Positions 1-10,076 of a DNA stretch of 64,000 bases are shown in pieces. The position numbers and the translations under genes were made by a program. This stretch comes from Gammaproteobacteria bacterium (GTDB lineage: Bacteria > Pseudomonadota > Gammaproteobacteria > UBA4575), in NCBI GenBank assembly GCA_965221955.1, contig CBDCTA010000029.1:192001-256000 (forward strand), in the 5' to 3' direction. The notes below the pieces were generated by a model that saw only the letters and a list, made by a program, of their open reading frames with translations, was not told where the DNA came from and ran no database searches. Each line of letters starts with the position of its first letter. The first letter of the stretch is position 1.

Positions 1-515
1 TATCGGGAGCATCGATTGGAGATCAAGCATTCTTAGCATTTCTAAAAGAAAAACTTCAGGATGCTGAGATGTTTGTGAATAAACTTAGTTTTGAAGTAAC
101 CGAAAATGCTGCCATTAAGAATATAACTAAAGCTCGCGATTTTATTACTACAATAAAGGATTTCGGTTGTAAATTTGCTTTGGATGATTTTGGTAGTGGC
201 CACTCTTCATTTGCTTATTTAAAGGACTTGCCAGTGGATATACTAAAAATTGATGGCATGTTTGTTAAAGGTATTCACTTAGAAGATGTTAATTATGCGA
301 TGGTTAAAGCGATTAATGATGTTGGGCAAGTGATGAAAATGAAAACCATTGCTGAATATGTTGAAAATGAAGAAATTTGTAATGAGCTAAAGAAAATTGG
401 GGTTGACTATGGCCAAGGGTATTACTTTGGCAAATCAGAAAAACTTGAAGAAGTAATCGTTGTGGATTCAATGATCGCTGAACCTGAAGAGCTTGGGTCA
501 ACATATTCATCTTAA
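1..515 (+). CDS. EAL-domain c-di-GMP phosphodiesterase, 5'-truncated by the window edge
   Basis: Frame is open from position 3 (SGASIGD...); FEVTE, ALDDFGSG, LKIDG, IAEYVE and QGYY EAL motifs. Confidence 0.92.
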   Translation, partial: SGASIGDQAFLAFLKEKLQDAEMFVNKLSFEVTENAAIKNITKARDFITTIKDFGCKFALDDFGSGHSSFAYLKDLPVDILKIDGMFVKGIHLEDVNYAMVKAINDVGQVMKMKTIAEYVENEEICNELKKIGVDYGQGYYFGKSEKLEEVIVVDSMIAEPEELGSTYSS

Positions 516-597
516 TGTTCTTGGATTACTCACATTCTTAATAATTTAATCTGATTCTGTTATGGTTTAAATCCATATCAGCTTACTTGGATTAATT

Positions 598-1167
598 TTG
601 AAATATTGCAGCAGCTGTGGTTCTTCCGAAATCACATTAAAAATTCCAGAAGGCGATAATCGACCGCGGTTTGTCTGCCCTAGCTGTGATGAAATTTTTT
701 ATCACAATCCAAAAATTGTTGCAGGTTGTATTGCTGAATGGCAAGACAAAATATTGATGTGTAAACGTGCAATTGAGCCACGTTACGGAAAGTGGACTCT
801 ACCTGCAGGGTTTATGGAGAATCAAGAAACGATGCACGATGCTGCTGCACGTGAAACTCAAGAAGAAGCTACAGCCGAAGTTTCTAATCTAAGTCTTTAC
901 ACTATGTACAACTTGCCTCATATCAATCAGGTATATGTGATGTTTCGTGCTGATTTAGTAGAAGGTAAGGCAAGTCCAGGGGAAGAGAGTTTGGAAGTTG
1001 CGTTAATGACTGAAGCTGAAATACCATGGGATGAAATTGCTTTTCCAGTCATAAAAGAAAGCCTTGAAATATATTTTGAAGATAAGCGTAATCAGTCTAA
1101 TTTCGAATTACGCTATGGGGATATGCTGCGGTTGGCAGGGAAAAAATTTGAAGTTAAAAGATACTAA
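598..1167 (+). CDS. NUDIX hydrolase with N-terminal zinc ribbon
   Basis: CxxC...CxxC N-terminus; Nudix box GFMENQETMHDAAARETQEEA. Confidence 0.9.
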   Translation: MKYCSSCGSSEITLKIPEGDNRPRFVCPSCDEIFYHNPKIVAGCIAEWQDKILMCKRAIEPRYGKWTLPAGFMENQETMHDAAARETQEEATAEVSNLSLYTMYNLPHINQVYVMFRADLVEGKASPGEESLEVALMTEAEIPWDEIAFPVIKESLEIYFEDKRNQSNFELRYGDMLRLAGKKFEVKRY

Positions 1168-1544
1168 TGCCTACGAATAAATCCCTGCTTTCGATTATTG
1201 AATTAGGTGGTTATCCAGATTTATCTCCAATCTATAGAAAGAATGGCTACGAGCCAATTGTTGTATACAGTATGCGTAAAGCGCTTAGTGCGTTGAAGAA
1301 AGTAAGTCCTAGTGTCGTCGTAGCAGAATTTAATTATCAGTCCGACTTTAGAGACCGTACCAGCACGCTCGAGTCATTAATTGCAATAGCACAGCGCAAT
1401 CGTGATATGAAACTTATCGTATTCTATGAAAAAGAATATGCGCACCAATTTGAAAAGTTAAAAGTTCGTTATGATTTTTATGCTTGTTTCTCTTACCCCA
1501 TTGAGGAAGAGAGTATTAATGATTTGTTTAAAGAATTAGGCTAG
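1167..1544 (+). CDS. Hypothetical protein, possibly degenerate receiver-like fold
   Basis: Start overlaps the NUDIX stop (TAATG); alternating beta/alpha pattern without clear phosphoacceptor motifs. Confidence 0.6.
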   Translation: MPTNKSLLSIIELGGYPDLSPIYRKNGYEPIVVYSMRKALSALKKVSPSVVVAEFNYQSDFRDRTSTLESLIAIAQRNRDMKLIVFYEKEYAHQFEKLKVRYDFYACFSYPIEEESINDLFKELG

Positions 1545-1862
1545 CTACTTTGCTTCAGAACCACCAAGACATGGAGGTGATTTTCTAATCTCACCATGTT
1601 TTTCTTGCCATTCCGCAGGTGTTAGAGTGTGTAAAGATAAAGCATGTACAGGTCCCGCTAATTCATCTTTTAAAAGTTGATTTAACATACGATGTCTAGC
1701 CACCAGCATCTTGCCAACAAATTCATTGCTGACTACAGTCACTTTAAAATGTGATTCAGAGCCAGGGGGTACATTATGCATGTGGCTTTCATTAGCTACT
1801 TTTAAATGTTCAGGCTGTAAAGCTTGAGTAATTTTTTTTTCAATGTTGGCTTGTATTTTCAT
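1545..1862 (-). CDS. bolA: BolA family protein
   Basis: NESHMH...SESHFKVTVVS...RHR...HALSL...SPPCLGG. Confidence 0.93.
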   Translation of the reverse strand: MKIQANIEKKITQALQPEHLKVANESHMHNVPPGSESHFKVTVVSNEFVGKMLVARHRMLNQLLKDELAGPVHALSLHTLTPAEWQEKHGEIRKSPPCLGGSEAK

Positions 1863-1906
1863 ATAAAACTTATGTGTTGCAGGGATTATTTAAAAATAAT
1901 AATACA

Positions 1907-2734
1907 CTAGTTAATAGAAAAAAATTTCTTAGCTGTTTGAGTCGTTTCTTCCGCAGTTTGTTCCAAACTTGTTCCACGACACTTTGCCACCGTAGCTAAA
2001 ATATGCGGTAAGTAGGCAGGTTCATTGCGTCTACCATCTGGATTGGGATATTCGTCTTTAGGTAAATCTCTGGGTAATAGATACGGAGCATCAGTTTCAA
2101 TCATTAAACGGTTAGCGGGAATGTTTTTTATTACCTTATGTAGATGCTGACCACGACGTTCATCACAAATCCAACCGGTGATGCCGATGTGGCAATCCAT
2201 GTCGATATAGGTCTCAAGTTCTTCGGCGGTACCTGTAAAGCAGTGTACGACAACTTTGTTAAGTTGCTGTCTAAAAGTTGATAATATTTTTGCAAACTCT
2301 TTATGCGCATCCCGTTCATGCAGAAAGATAGGCATATTAAGTTCTGCGGCTAGCTCTAGTTGTGCTTTAAATGCTATTTTTTGTTGCTCAGGTGTGGAAT
2401 AGTTGCGGTTAAAGTCGAGACCCGCTTCCCCTATAGCAACTACATTTTCATGTTCGGTTAGTTTTTTTAAATTTTCATAACTGTTTTTTTGCCAGTGTTT
2501 AGCTAAGTGTGGATGCACACCCGCAGTGGACACCATGCCTTGATATTGAGTTGTCAGTTGACTCGCAAACTCGCTTTCTTTTATATCCGAACCAGTAAGT
2601 ACAAAATTGTGAACCCCTGCATGGTTCGCGCGCTCTACGACTTCATCAGCATCTTTGCGGAAAGCGCTGCTGGTAAAGTTAAAACCTATATCTACGAGTT
2701 CCACGTTATTAAGTTTTATGCAAGATGTGTACAT
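1907..2734 (-). CDS. tatD: TatD family nuclease
   Basis: DIGFN, GVHPH, GEAGLD, HERDAH, HCFTG, ETDAPYL and RNEP motifs. Confidence 0.93.
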   Translation of the reverse strand: MYTSCIKLNNVELVDIGFNFTSSAFRKDADEVVERANHAGVHNFVLTGSDIKESEFASQLTTQYQGMVSTAGVHPHLAKHWQKNSYENLKKLTEHENVVAIGEAGLDFNRNYSTPEQQKIAFKAQLELAAELNMPIFLHERDAHKEFAKILSTFRQQLNKVVVHCFTGTAEELETYIDMDCHIGITGWICDERRGQHLHKVIKNIPANRLMIETDAPYLLPRDLPKDEYPNPDGRRNEPAYLPHILATVAKCRGTSLEQTAEETTQTAKKFFSIN

Positions 2735-3546
2735 TCATCACAAAACTCACCTTCTTCATTATCTAAGACGATTTGACAGTGTCTGCACAATCTTGTGAAA
2801 GTGGGTTCCAGGTTTTCGTCTAAGCAAACACGATCATCGAACACAAAGCATTCACCGTGCCAATGTTTGTTTTGATATTTCTCTAAGTATTTAATAATGC
2901 CGCCTTCAAGTTGATAGACTTGATCAAAACCGTAGTTAGCAAGAATGGGCGCACCTTTTTCGCAACGAATTCCACCTGTGCAAAAAGAAACGATTGGTTT
3001 ATCTTTAGGTAGTTGATTGATTTTATCTTGTAGACCAATAATGTCTCTGAAATTTCTCATTTCAAGATGGGTAGCGTTGTTAAAACTTCCGAGATCAATT
3101 TCAAATGTATTGCGCATATCTAGCAAAGTCATATCTTTGCCTTCATCCAGCCAGGTTTTAAATTCATCAATCGATAAATGTTTTGCTTGGTTCGAAGCAT
3201 TTTTATTCTCAGGATTTGTGATGCTATTTTCACCACTGCCAATTGGCTTGGTGGGCACAAGCTCTTTTCTAACCTTAATGAGTAATCTTTTAAAAGGAAT
3301 GTTTTCAGAATAGGTCGTGTTGAGTAATAAGTTATTTATCCCGCATAAACTGTCTAATTGAGTTAAAAAGTACTCAATGTCATTTTGAGTACTGGCAATG
3401 CCTAGATTGATGCCTTCTGTGCTGATAAAAATATTCCCCTTTATATGTGTTTGACTACAGATCACTTGTACATGCTCAAATACCTTATTGGTGTCATCAA
3501 TAGTGCTGAATTTATAACCTGCGATATTGGTAATTTTCTCAGACAT
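2716..3546 (-). CDS. trhO: Rhodanese-domain protein, TrhO/YceA-like (tRNA U34 hydroxylase family)
   Basis: YKF N-terminus, EGIN, DMRN.FE..G.F, FCTGGIRCEK, QLEGGIIKYLE, W.G.CFVFDDR. Confidence 0.8.
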   Translation of the reverse strand: MSEKITNIAGYKFSTIDDTNKVFEHVQVICSQTHIKGNIFISTEGINLGIASTQNDIEYFLTQLDSLCGINNLLLNTTYSENIPFKRLLIKVRKELVPTKPIGSGENSITNPENKNASNQAKHLSIDEFKTWLDEGKDMTLLDMRNTFEIDLGSFNNATHLEMRNFRDIIGLQDKINQLPKDKPIVSFCTGGIRCEKGAPILANYGFDQVYQLEGGIIKYLEKYQNKHWHGECFVFDDRVCLDENLEPTFTRLCRHCQIVLDNEEGEFCDECTHLA

Positions 3547-3607
3547 AATTTTTAAGAAATTAAACGGTACTTAACAAAGATAATAATAATGAGTTAGGGT
3601 AGGCATT

Positions 3608-6238
3608 ATGAAAGAAGGTCAACCACAAGTGGTATATCTAAAAGACTATACACCACCTAATTATCTTATCGATGAAGTGCGCTTAGATTTTGATTTAGGT
3701 GAGGAAGTTACAAAAGTGACCTCTCAGCTGCAACTACGACGTAACCCGGATTATGCTGGTGATAATACAAGCTTAGAATTGCATGGAGAGGAATTAGAAC
3801 TTAGATCGATTGAGCTAGACGGCTCACGATTGAGTGCTGGGCAATATATACAGTCAGATGAAATGTTGTTGGTCACAAATGTGCCAGAGAAGTTTTGTCT
3901 CACTGTCGAAACTCACATCACTCCGCAAAACAACACTTCGCTTGAAGGTTTGTATAAATCCAGCGGGAATTTTTGTACTCAATGTGAAGCGCAAGGGTTT
4001 CGTAAAATCACCTATTTTCTAGACCGTCCAGATGTGATGTCTAAATACACAGTTCGCATTCAGGCAGATAAGAAACGTTATCCCGTATTGCTTTCAAATG
4101 GCAATCTTAAAGAAGAAGGCCTTTGCGACGAAGATGAAGATACAGGTAAGCACTATGCGATTTGGGAAGATCCTTTCCCCAAGCCGAGTTATTTATTTGC
4201 ATTAGTGGCTGGTAGCTTGGTTTTTCTAGAAGGTATGCATCGTACTACTTCAGGCAAAGAAATCATTTTGCGTATTTACACTGAAAAACATAATGCCGAT
4301 AAATGTGAGCATGCTTTGCAATCTTTACAGAAAGCCATGCAATGGGATGAGCAACGCTTTGGTTTGGAATGTGATTTAGATATTTACATGATCGTTGCAG
4401 TAGATGATTTCAATATGGGCGCGATGGAAAACAAAGGACTAAATATTTTTAATTCCAGTTGTGTACTAGCGACTTCTGATACTTCTACAGATAATGAATT
4501 TATGCACATTGAAGCGGTGGTTGCACATGAATATTTTCATAATTGGACAGGCAATCGCGTTACCTGTCGTGACTGGTTCCAGCTCAGTTTAAAAGAAGGC
4601 CTAACGGTATTTCGTGATCAAGAGTTCACCTCCGATGTTACTTCACGTGCAGTGAAAAGAATCAGTGACGTACGTGCTCTACGTGCCTATCAGTTTGCAG
4701 AAGATGCTAGCCCGATGGCGCATCCTGTACGTCCTGCATCGTTTATGGAAATTAATAATTTCTACACACTGACGGTATATGAAAAAGGTGCTGAAATTGT
4801 GCGTATGTACCAAACCATGTTTGGTGTCGACGGTTTTCGCAAGGGCATGGACTTATATTTTCAACGTCATGATGGACAAGCAGTGACGACTGATGATTTT
4901 GCTGCTGCAATGGCCGATGCGAATCAAGTTGATCTAACTGATTTTAAACGTTGGTATGAACAAGCCGGTACACCTGTAGTGAAAGTGACAGACGATTGGG
5001 ATGAGAAAACTCATATGTATACGCTTAGCTGCACTCAAACTTGTCCACCGACACCTGAGAGTAAAGATAAAAAGCCATTTGTAATCCCATTAAAAACCTC
5101 ATTATTAAATGAGCAAGGTGATGTTGTAGAAGATGTACAAATTTTACAATTAGAGCAACGACAACAAACTTTTGAATTTAAAAATATCAGCAGTGAGCCG
5201 ATTCCAGATTTGTTGCAAGAATTTTCAGCCCCCGTGCAATTGCAATATGACTACAGTAATGATCAGTTAGCCTTTCTGTTAAAACACTCAAGAGATGCAT
5301 TTAATCGTTGGAATGCTGGTAACCAGCTAGCGTTGAAGGTATTGAAGCACTGTGTAGCGGAGCAAAAAGAATTAAATCAAGTTGATGCGCTTGGTGTGTT
5401 AAAGGAGGCTTTACGACATGCTCTGCAACCAAAAACAACAGAAGCTAGTCTGTTAGCAGAATTATTAATATTTCCCAACGAGAAAGATTTAGAAGAGCAT
5501 TTTGAAAAGATTGATATACGCGCATGTGTACAAGCAAGTGACGCTCTACAGCACAGCATCGCGTCACATTTAGAAACCGATCTGGTTCAAACCTATGAAT
5601 CTTGTAATAAGCAAGTTGCTTATCAATATAATGCTGCTGAGATGGCGCGTAGAAGATTACAAAATATTTGTTTACAACTATTAAATACTTTAGATAAAGA
5701 TAGATATAAACAACTTGCGCTAGAACAATTCAAGCAGTCTAGCAATATGACTGAACAAGTCGGTTCCATTAATGCTTTAATTCATTCTGAATGCGAGGAG
5801 CGTGAACAAGTTCTCGCTGAATTTGAGCGACAGTGGCGCTATGATAGTTTGGTAATGGATAAGTGGTTGGGTTTCCAGGCACGTTCAAAAGTATCCAATG
5901 CACTCCGTAACGTTAAAGAATTGTTACACCACGAGGTGTTTAATCTCAAGAATCCAAATAAAGTACGCGCGCTCATTGGTGTGTTTGCAGGGCAGAATGC
6001 TTATCACTTTCACAATCCAGACGGCAGTGGTTATGAATTTATTGCTCAACATGTCATCACATTAAATGATATGAATCCTCAAATAGCTTCGCGTTTGGTG
6101 AGAACGTTAATGCGTTGGAAGCTTTATAAAGAACCATGTGGTGAAAAAATGCGCGAGCAGCTAGAAGTCATTGCAGCGCATAAAAACTTATCTAAAGATG
6201 TGTACGAAATTGTTTCAAAGAGTTTGTCCCGCGATTAA
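3608..6238 (+). CDS. pepN: Aminopeptidase N (M1)
   Basis: GAMENKGLN and HEYFH-x18-E motifs; 876 aa. Confidence 0.97.
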   Translation: MKEGQPQVVYLKDYTPPNYLIDEVRLDFDLGEEVTKVTSQLQLRRNPDYAGDNTSLELHGEELELRSIELDGSRLSAGQYIQSDEMLLVTNVPEKFCLTVETHITPQNNTSLEGLYKSSGNFCTQCEAQGFRKITYFLDRPDVMSKYTVRIQADKKRYPVLLSNGNLKEEGLCDEDEDTGKHYAIWEDPFPKPSYLFALVAGSLVFLEGMHRTTSGKEIILRIYTEKHNADKCEHALQSLQKAMQWDEQRFGLECDLDIYMIVAVDDFNMGAMENKGLNIFNSSCVLATSDTSTDNEFMHIEAVVAHEYFHNWTGNRVTCRDWFQLSLKEGLTVFRDQEFTSDVTSRAVKRISDVRALRAYQFAEDASPMAHPVRPASFMEINNFYTLTVYEKGAEIVRMYQTMFGVDGFRKGMDLYFQRHDGQAVTTDDFAAAMADANQVDLTDFKRWYEQAGTPVVKVTDDWDEKTHMYTLSCTQTCPPTPESKDKKPFVIPLKTSLLNEQGDVVEDVQILQLEQRQQTFEFKNISSEPIPDLLQEFSAPVQLQYDYSNDQLAFLLKHSRDAFNRWNAGNQLALKVLKHCVAEQKELNQVDALGVLKEALRHALQPKTTEASLLAELLIFPNEKDLEEHFEKIDIRACVQASDALQHSIASHLETDLVQTYESCNKQVAYQYNAAEMARRRLQNICLQLLNTLDKDRYKQLALEQFKQSSNMTEQVGSINALIHSECEEREQVLAEFERQWRYDSLVMDKWLGFQARSKVSNALRNVKELLHHEVFNLKNPNKVRALIGVFAGQNAYHFHNPDGSGYEFIAQHVITLNDMNPQIASRLVRTLMRWKLYKEPCGEKMREQLEVIAAHKNLSKDVYEIVSKSLSRD

Positions 6239-6251
6239 TATTTAGAAACTA

Positions 6252-7769
6252 TTGAACCAAACTAGTCAAAAATCGTATCGAATTCTCGATGCCATGGAGC
6301 GTGTAGGCAATCGTTTGCCTGATCCAGTTGCGCTGTTTTTCTTAGGTTTAGTTGTTGTCATGCTGCTTTCGCATTTAGCACAAATGCAACAATGGTCTGT
6401 TAATAATGTAAGCGATGCATCCGTAATCACAGCAAAAAGTTTATTGAATACTGAAGGAATTTGGTGGTTGCTCAGTCATTTGGTTGAAAACTTTATTCAG
6501 TTTCCTCCTTTAGGGATTGTGTTAGTGGGGATGTTGGGTATAGGTGTTGCAGACCGCAGTGGTTTTTTGCCGATGGTTTTGCAGATGATGAGCATGCGCG
6601 TGAAAGGCGTATGGCTTACACCAATGATAATTTTTTTGGGCATTATGTCATCCATAGCCTTAGATGCAGGTTATGTAGTATTGCCTCCTATTGCAGCGGT
6701 GTTATTTATACTTGCAGGGCGTTCACCAATAGTAGGCATTGCAGCTGCATTTGCAGGAGTTTCAGCTGGATTTGGTGCTAATTTATTGATTACGAGTTTG
6801 GATCCATTGCTTGTAGGTTTTTCACTCGCAAGCGCACAATTTTTAAATCAAGACTATCAAATTGCAGTAACGAGTAATTGGTGGTTCATGATTGCGTCTA
6901 CTTTTTTACTCACTATTGTGGGATGGTTTATTACTGCAAGATATATAGAGGCAAGATTTACTGCATATGAATTAACTTCATCAGCAACGCAAATTGTTGA
7001 CATACAAAGTGTGTCAGCAAAAGAAAAAAGTGCGGTAATGCGTGCCTTGTTAAGTATATTTTTACTTCTGTGCATAATTGTTATGTTGACTGTTATTCCG
7101 AATGCGCCACTTTTTGGTGTGGGAGAGCACTTTCCGCGCTGGGTAGAAGCCACGGTTCCGCTTTTGTTTATCTTATTTTTAGTGCCGGGAATTGTGTATG
7201 GATATAAAGCGGGAACGATTACTAGTCATCGCGACATCGCACGAATCATGGGGGAAACGTTTGCGGCACTAGGTCCGTATATTGTGTTGGCTTTTTTTGC
7301 TGCACAATTTATTGAAGCATTTAAATATTCGCACCTAGGTGAAATGCTCGCGATCACTGGGGGCCAGTGGTTGGCATCTATGCAAATCAGTAATTATTTT
7401 CTCATCACAGTATTTATTTTTATTGTCATGTTAGGAAATTTATTGATTGGTTCCATGTCTGCTAAATATGCATTTTTTGCCCCTGTTTTTGTTCCTATGT
7501 TTATGCAAGTAGGAATTAGTCCTGAGCTTACACAAGTGGCATACCGAATTGGTGATTCTGTAACAAATGTAATTACCCCATTAAACCCATATCTGATTAT
7601 TGTATTAGCGTTGTTAAAAGACTATTTACCTAAGTCTGGCATAGGTACGTTAATTAGTATCATGCTACCGTATGCGATTGCATTTGCAATTGCATGGCTA
7701 TTATTATTGTTCTTTTGGATGATGTTGGGTGCTCCATTAGGGCCTAATGGACCATTATTTATTTCTTAA
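6252..7769 (+). CDS. AbgT family transporter
   Basis: GNRLPDP, FPPLG, AGVSAGFGAN, YRIGDSVTNVITP; many TM segments. Confidence 0.9.
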   Translation: MNQTSQKSYRILDAMERVGNRLPDPVALFFLGLVVVMLLSHLAQMQQWSVNNVSDASVITAKSLLNTEGIWWLLSHLVENFIQFPPLGIVLVGMLGIGVADRSGFLPMVLQMMSMRVKGVWLTPMIIFLGIMSSIALDAGYVVLPPIAAVLFILAGRSPIVGIAAAFAGVSAGFGANLLITSLDPLLVGFSLASAQFLNQDYQIAVTSNWWFMIASTFLLTIVGWFITARYIEARFTAYELTSSATQIVDIQSVSAKEKSAVMRALLSIFLLLCIIVMLTVIPNAPLFGVGEHFPRWVEATVPLLFILFLVPGIVYGYKAGTITSHRDIARIMGETFAALGPYIVLAFFAAQFIEAFKYSHLGEMLAITGGQWLASMQISNYFLITVFIFIVMLGNLLIGSMSAKYAFFAPVFVPMFMQVGISPELTQVAYRIGDSVTNVITPLNPYLIIVLALLKDYLPKSGIGTLISIMLPYAIAFAIAWLLLLFFWMMLGAPLGPNGPLFIS

Positions 7770-7789
7770 AAAGACTAACTCTGCAAGTT

Positions 7790-8209
7790 ATGACAAATAA
7801 AAATATTATTACAGTTTTTCATGATGGACCTTTACATATAACAGGGTCTTTAGAATTGAAAAACGCTGAAGGAGGAACCGTTGAAAAGGGAGAGGAGTTG
7901 TATTTATGTCGTTGTGGGCATTCTAACAATAAGCCTTTTTGTGACGGGCAACATAAAAAGGTGGGCTTTAAAGATCAAGGTGAATTTATTAAACCACCTG
8001 AATCCATAGAAGAGTTTGTTAATGAAGGCGATCTAGAAATTAAAGTACAAGAAAATGGACCACTTATTTTTCGAGGTAATGCTTGTGTAAAAGATTCAAG
8101 CGGGAAAGAAGTAAATAGAAAAGTGGGTGGTTTATGCAGGTGTGGAAGAACGAATAATGCTCCATTCTGTGATGGCACACATACCAAGGTAGATTTTATA
8201 GCAGAATGA
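7790..8209 (+). CDS. Tandem CDGSH iron-sulfur domain protein
   Basis: Two LCRCGxS/TxNxPFCDGxH motifs. Confidence 0.93.
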   Translation: MTNKNIITVFHDGPLHITGSLELKNAEGGTVEKGEELYLCRCGHSNNKPFCDGQHKKVGFKDQGEFIKPPESIEEFVNEGDLEIKVQENGPLIFRGNACVKDSSGKEVNRKVGGLCRCGRTNNAPFCDGTHTKVDFIAE

Positions 8210-8221
8210 ATGTAAAGATTT

Positions 8222-8737
8222 TTAAAACCCTTCGGTCGAGGTAAACAGCCCTACACGTAAATCTTTAGTTTTATAAATTTCTTTTCCATCTACGGACATC
8301 ACACCATCTGCAATTCCCATTGCCGTACCACGGCTGATTACTCTTTTAATATCAAGATGATATTGCACAGTTTTCGCAGTAGGTAAAACTTGGCCCGTAA
8401 AACGGACCTCATTAACACCAAGCGCACGACCCCTGCCTGGGTTGCCTTGCCAGGCAATGAAGAATCCCAAGAGCTGCCATAAGGCATCTAGTCCTAAGCA
8501 TCCTGGCATTACGGGATCACCTGGGAAATGGCAATCAAAAAACCATAAGTCAGGTTTGATATCGAGCTCGGCTTCTACTTCGCCGCGCCCATAATTACCG
8601 TTCTCACTCGAAATTTTCGTGATGCGATCCATCATTAACATATTGGGCATGGGTAGTTGTGCATTGCCTGGGCCAAACATTTCACCTCTGCCGCAGGCAA
8701 GCAGGTCTTCATAAGAAAAGGAATTTTTTTGCGTCAC
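8222..8737 (-). CDS. fabA: 3-hydroxydecanoyl-ACP dehydratase/isomerase
   Basis: [21 protein letters not shown]. Confidence 0.96.
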   Translation of the reverse strand: MTQKNSFSYEDLLACGRGEMFGPGNAQLPMPNMLMMDRITKISSENGNYGRGEVEAELDIKPDLWFFDCHFPGDPVMPGCLGLDALWQLLGFFIAWQGNPGRGRALGVNEVRFTGQVLPTAKTVQYHLDIKRVISRGTAMGIADGVMSVDGKEIYKTKDLRVGLFTSTEGF

Positions 8738-8866
8738 GATTTGTTATTTCTTGGTTAACTGCATCCATGCAGATTCATGTGATGACAATATGTAATTGTT
8801 TGAGTGTAGCAAATGTCGTCTATTATTACTTGTTCTGCTTCTAGTTTTTGCTTGTAAGTCGGTTGA

Positions 8867-9838
8867 TTAAGAAAGACGATCGTTTTGTTTCACGCGATCA
8901 AGCAATAAAAATAGCTCGCTAATGGTTTGAATGAAGTTAGCTTGAATTTCTTGCAATACATCAAAGTATGCAGCGGCACCACTCCCGGTTACCGCAATTT
9001 CAATATTATCATTCAACTCAGCACGTAGCCTACGCAACTGATTGGGCAATAAGGGATCATCAGCTGGGCGAGTAATGCCAATAGCGATGATCTGTGCATT
9101 ACTTTTTTGTTGAGTAAAGATAATTTCATCAACTGTTCCATACATGCCTAAAAATATTGCCTGCCAACCATTTGATTTGCTCGCTGCCGCAAGTCGTAAC
9201 GCAGCAATATCGCTTACTGATCCTGTAGGTGAGGCGCATATGAGTTTATATTTTGATTCAACAAAAGGTTCACTCATCACTAAGCTTGAAAGGAATCCAC
9301 GAATGGAATAAATGGCCACAGCATAATGTGCATCACGTAATGCACCACGCCGACATTCATCTTGAATATGAGAAACTAAGGGTCGTAAAAGATCTTCTAA
9401 CAAAAATATAATCCCTAATGATTTAGATGCATCACTTAATGAGTGAAAAATATCCTGGCTATTAAATCGTTGTACTGCATCTAAACAATCATCGAAGTAT
9501 TCCATGACAGAGCCAGTACTCGGGCGTTGTTCAATTTTTGCAATGGGTAAACGGGCTGCTGCAGATTCATCGGTATCTACAAGTTCGCGAAGTTTTTTAA
9601 CTGATAAATTTGCGACTTCTCCGATACGTCGTCCAGCTGAGGTTGCACGACGTAGTAGTATGAGTTTTTCTACATCGCCATCGCTGTATAAACGACGACT
9701 GTTACTAGCGCGTTGCGGGGATACGACACTATAACGACGTTCCCAAACACGAATCACATCAGCGCTAAGACCCGTTCGCCTTGCAACTACTTGGATGGGG
9801 TGTTGGTTATCCGAAACGTTTATCTGTTTGCTAGCCAC
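8867..9838 (-). CDS. MerR-family HTH regulator with CarH/LitR-like B12-binding-type domains (B12 ligands degenerate)
   Basis: IQVVARRTGLSADVIRVWERRY...P.R...RRLYS HTH, then four-helix bundle and Rossmann-like C-terminus. Confidence 0.85.
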   Translation of the reverse strand: MASKQINVSDNQHPIQVVARRTGLSADVIRVWERRYSVVSPQRASNSRRLYSDGDVEKLILLRRATSAGRRIGEVANLSVKKLRELVDTDESAAARLPIAKIEQRPSTGSVMEYFDDCLDAVQRFNSQDIFHSLSDASKSLGIIFLLEDLLRPLVSHIQDECRRGALRDAHYAVAIYSIRGFLSSLVMSEPFVESKYKLICASPTGSVSDIAALRLAAASKSNGWQAIFLGMYGTVDEIIFTQQKSNAQIIAIGITRPADDPLLPNQLRRLRAELNDNIEIAVTGSGAAAYFDVLQEIQANFIQTISELFLLLDRVKQNDRLS

Positions 9839-9845
9839 GCCGGTC

Positions 9846-9933
9846 TGTCATAGTTATGTCTAAGATATTGTAGCAAATATGTCTGTTTATTGTAACAATT
9901 CTAGGGCATCGTCATAGCTTTGTATTAGACAAA
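9846..9933. promoter_or_regulatory. Putative CarH-type operator (phased TGT/ACA repeats) in the divergent promoter region
   Basis: TGT at 9846, 9857, 9869, 9880, 9891 (11-12 bp spacing); palindromes ATTGTAACAAT (9889-9899) and TTTGT-N5-ACAAA (9919-9933). Confidence 0.5.
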
Positions 9934-10076
9934 TTTGGGTCAGAAAGGGGTGAAGCCTTGTGTATCCAAGTAGCTAAATGTATATTTAACACATAGAAAG
10001 ATTTAGTTTGAAGGCCTTGTTCTGATGGGCCAAGTAGGTATTTAGGCATTAGCCTGACATGTAAACGGAGGCAAAC

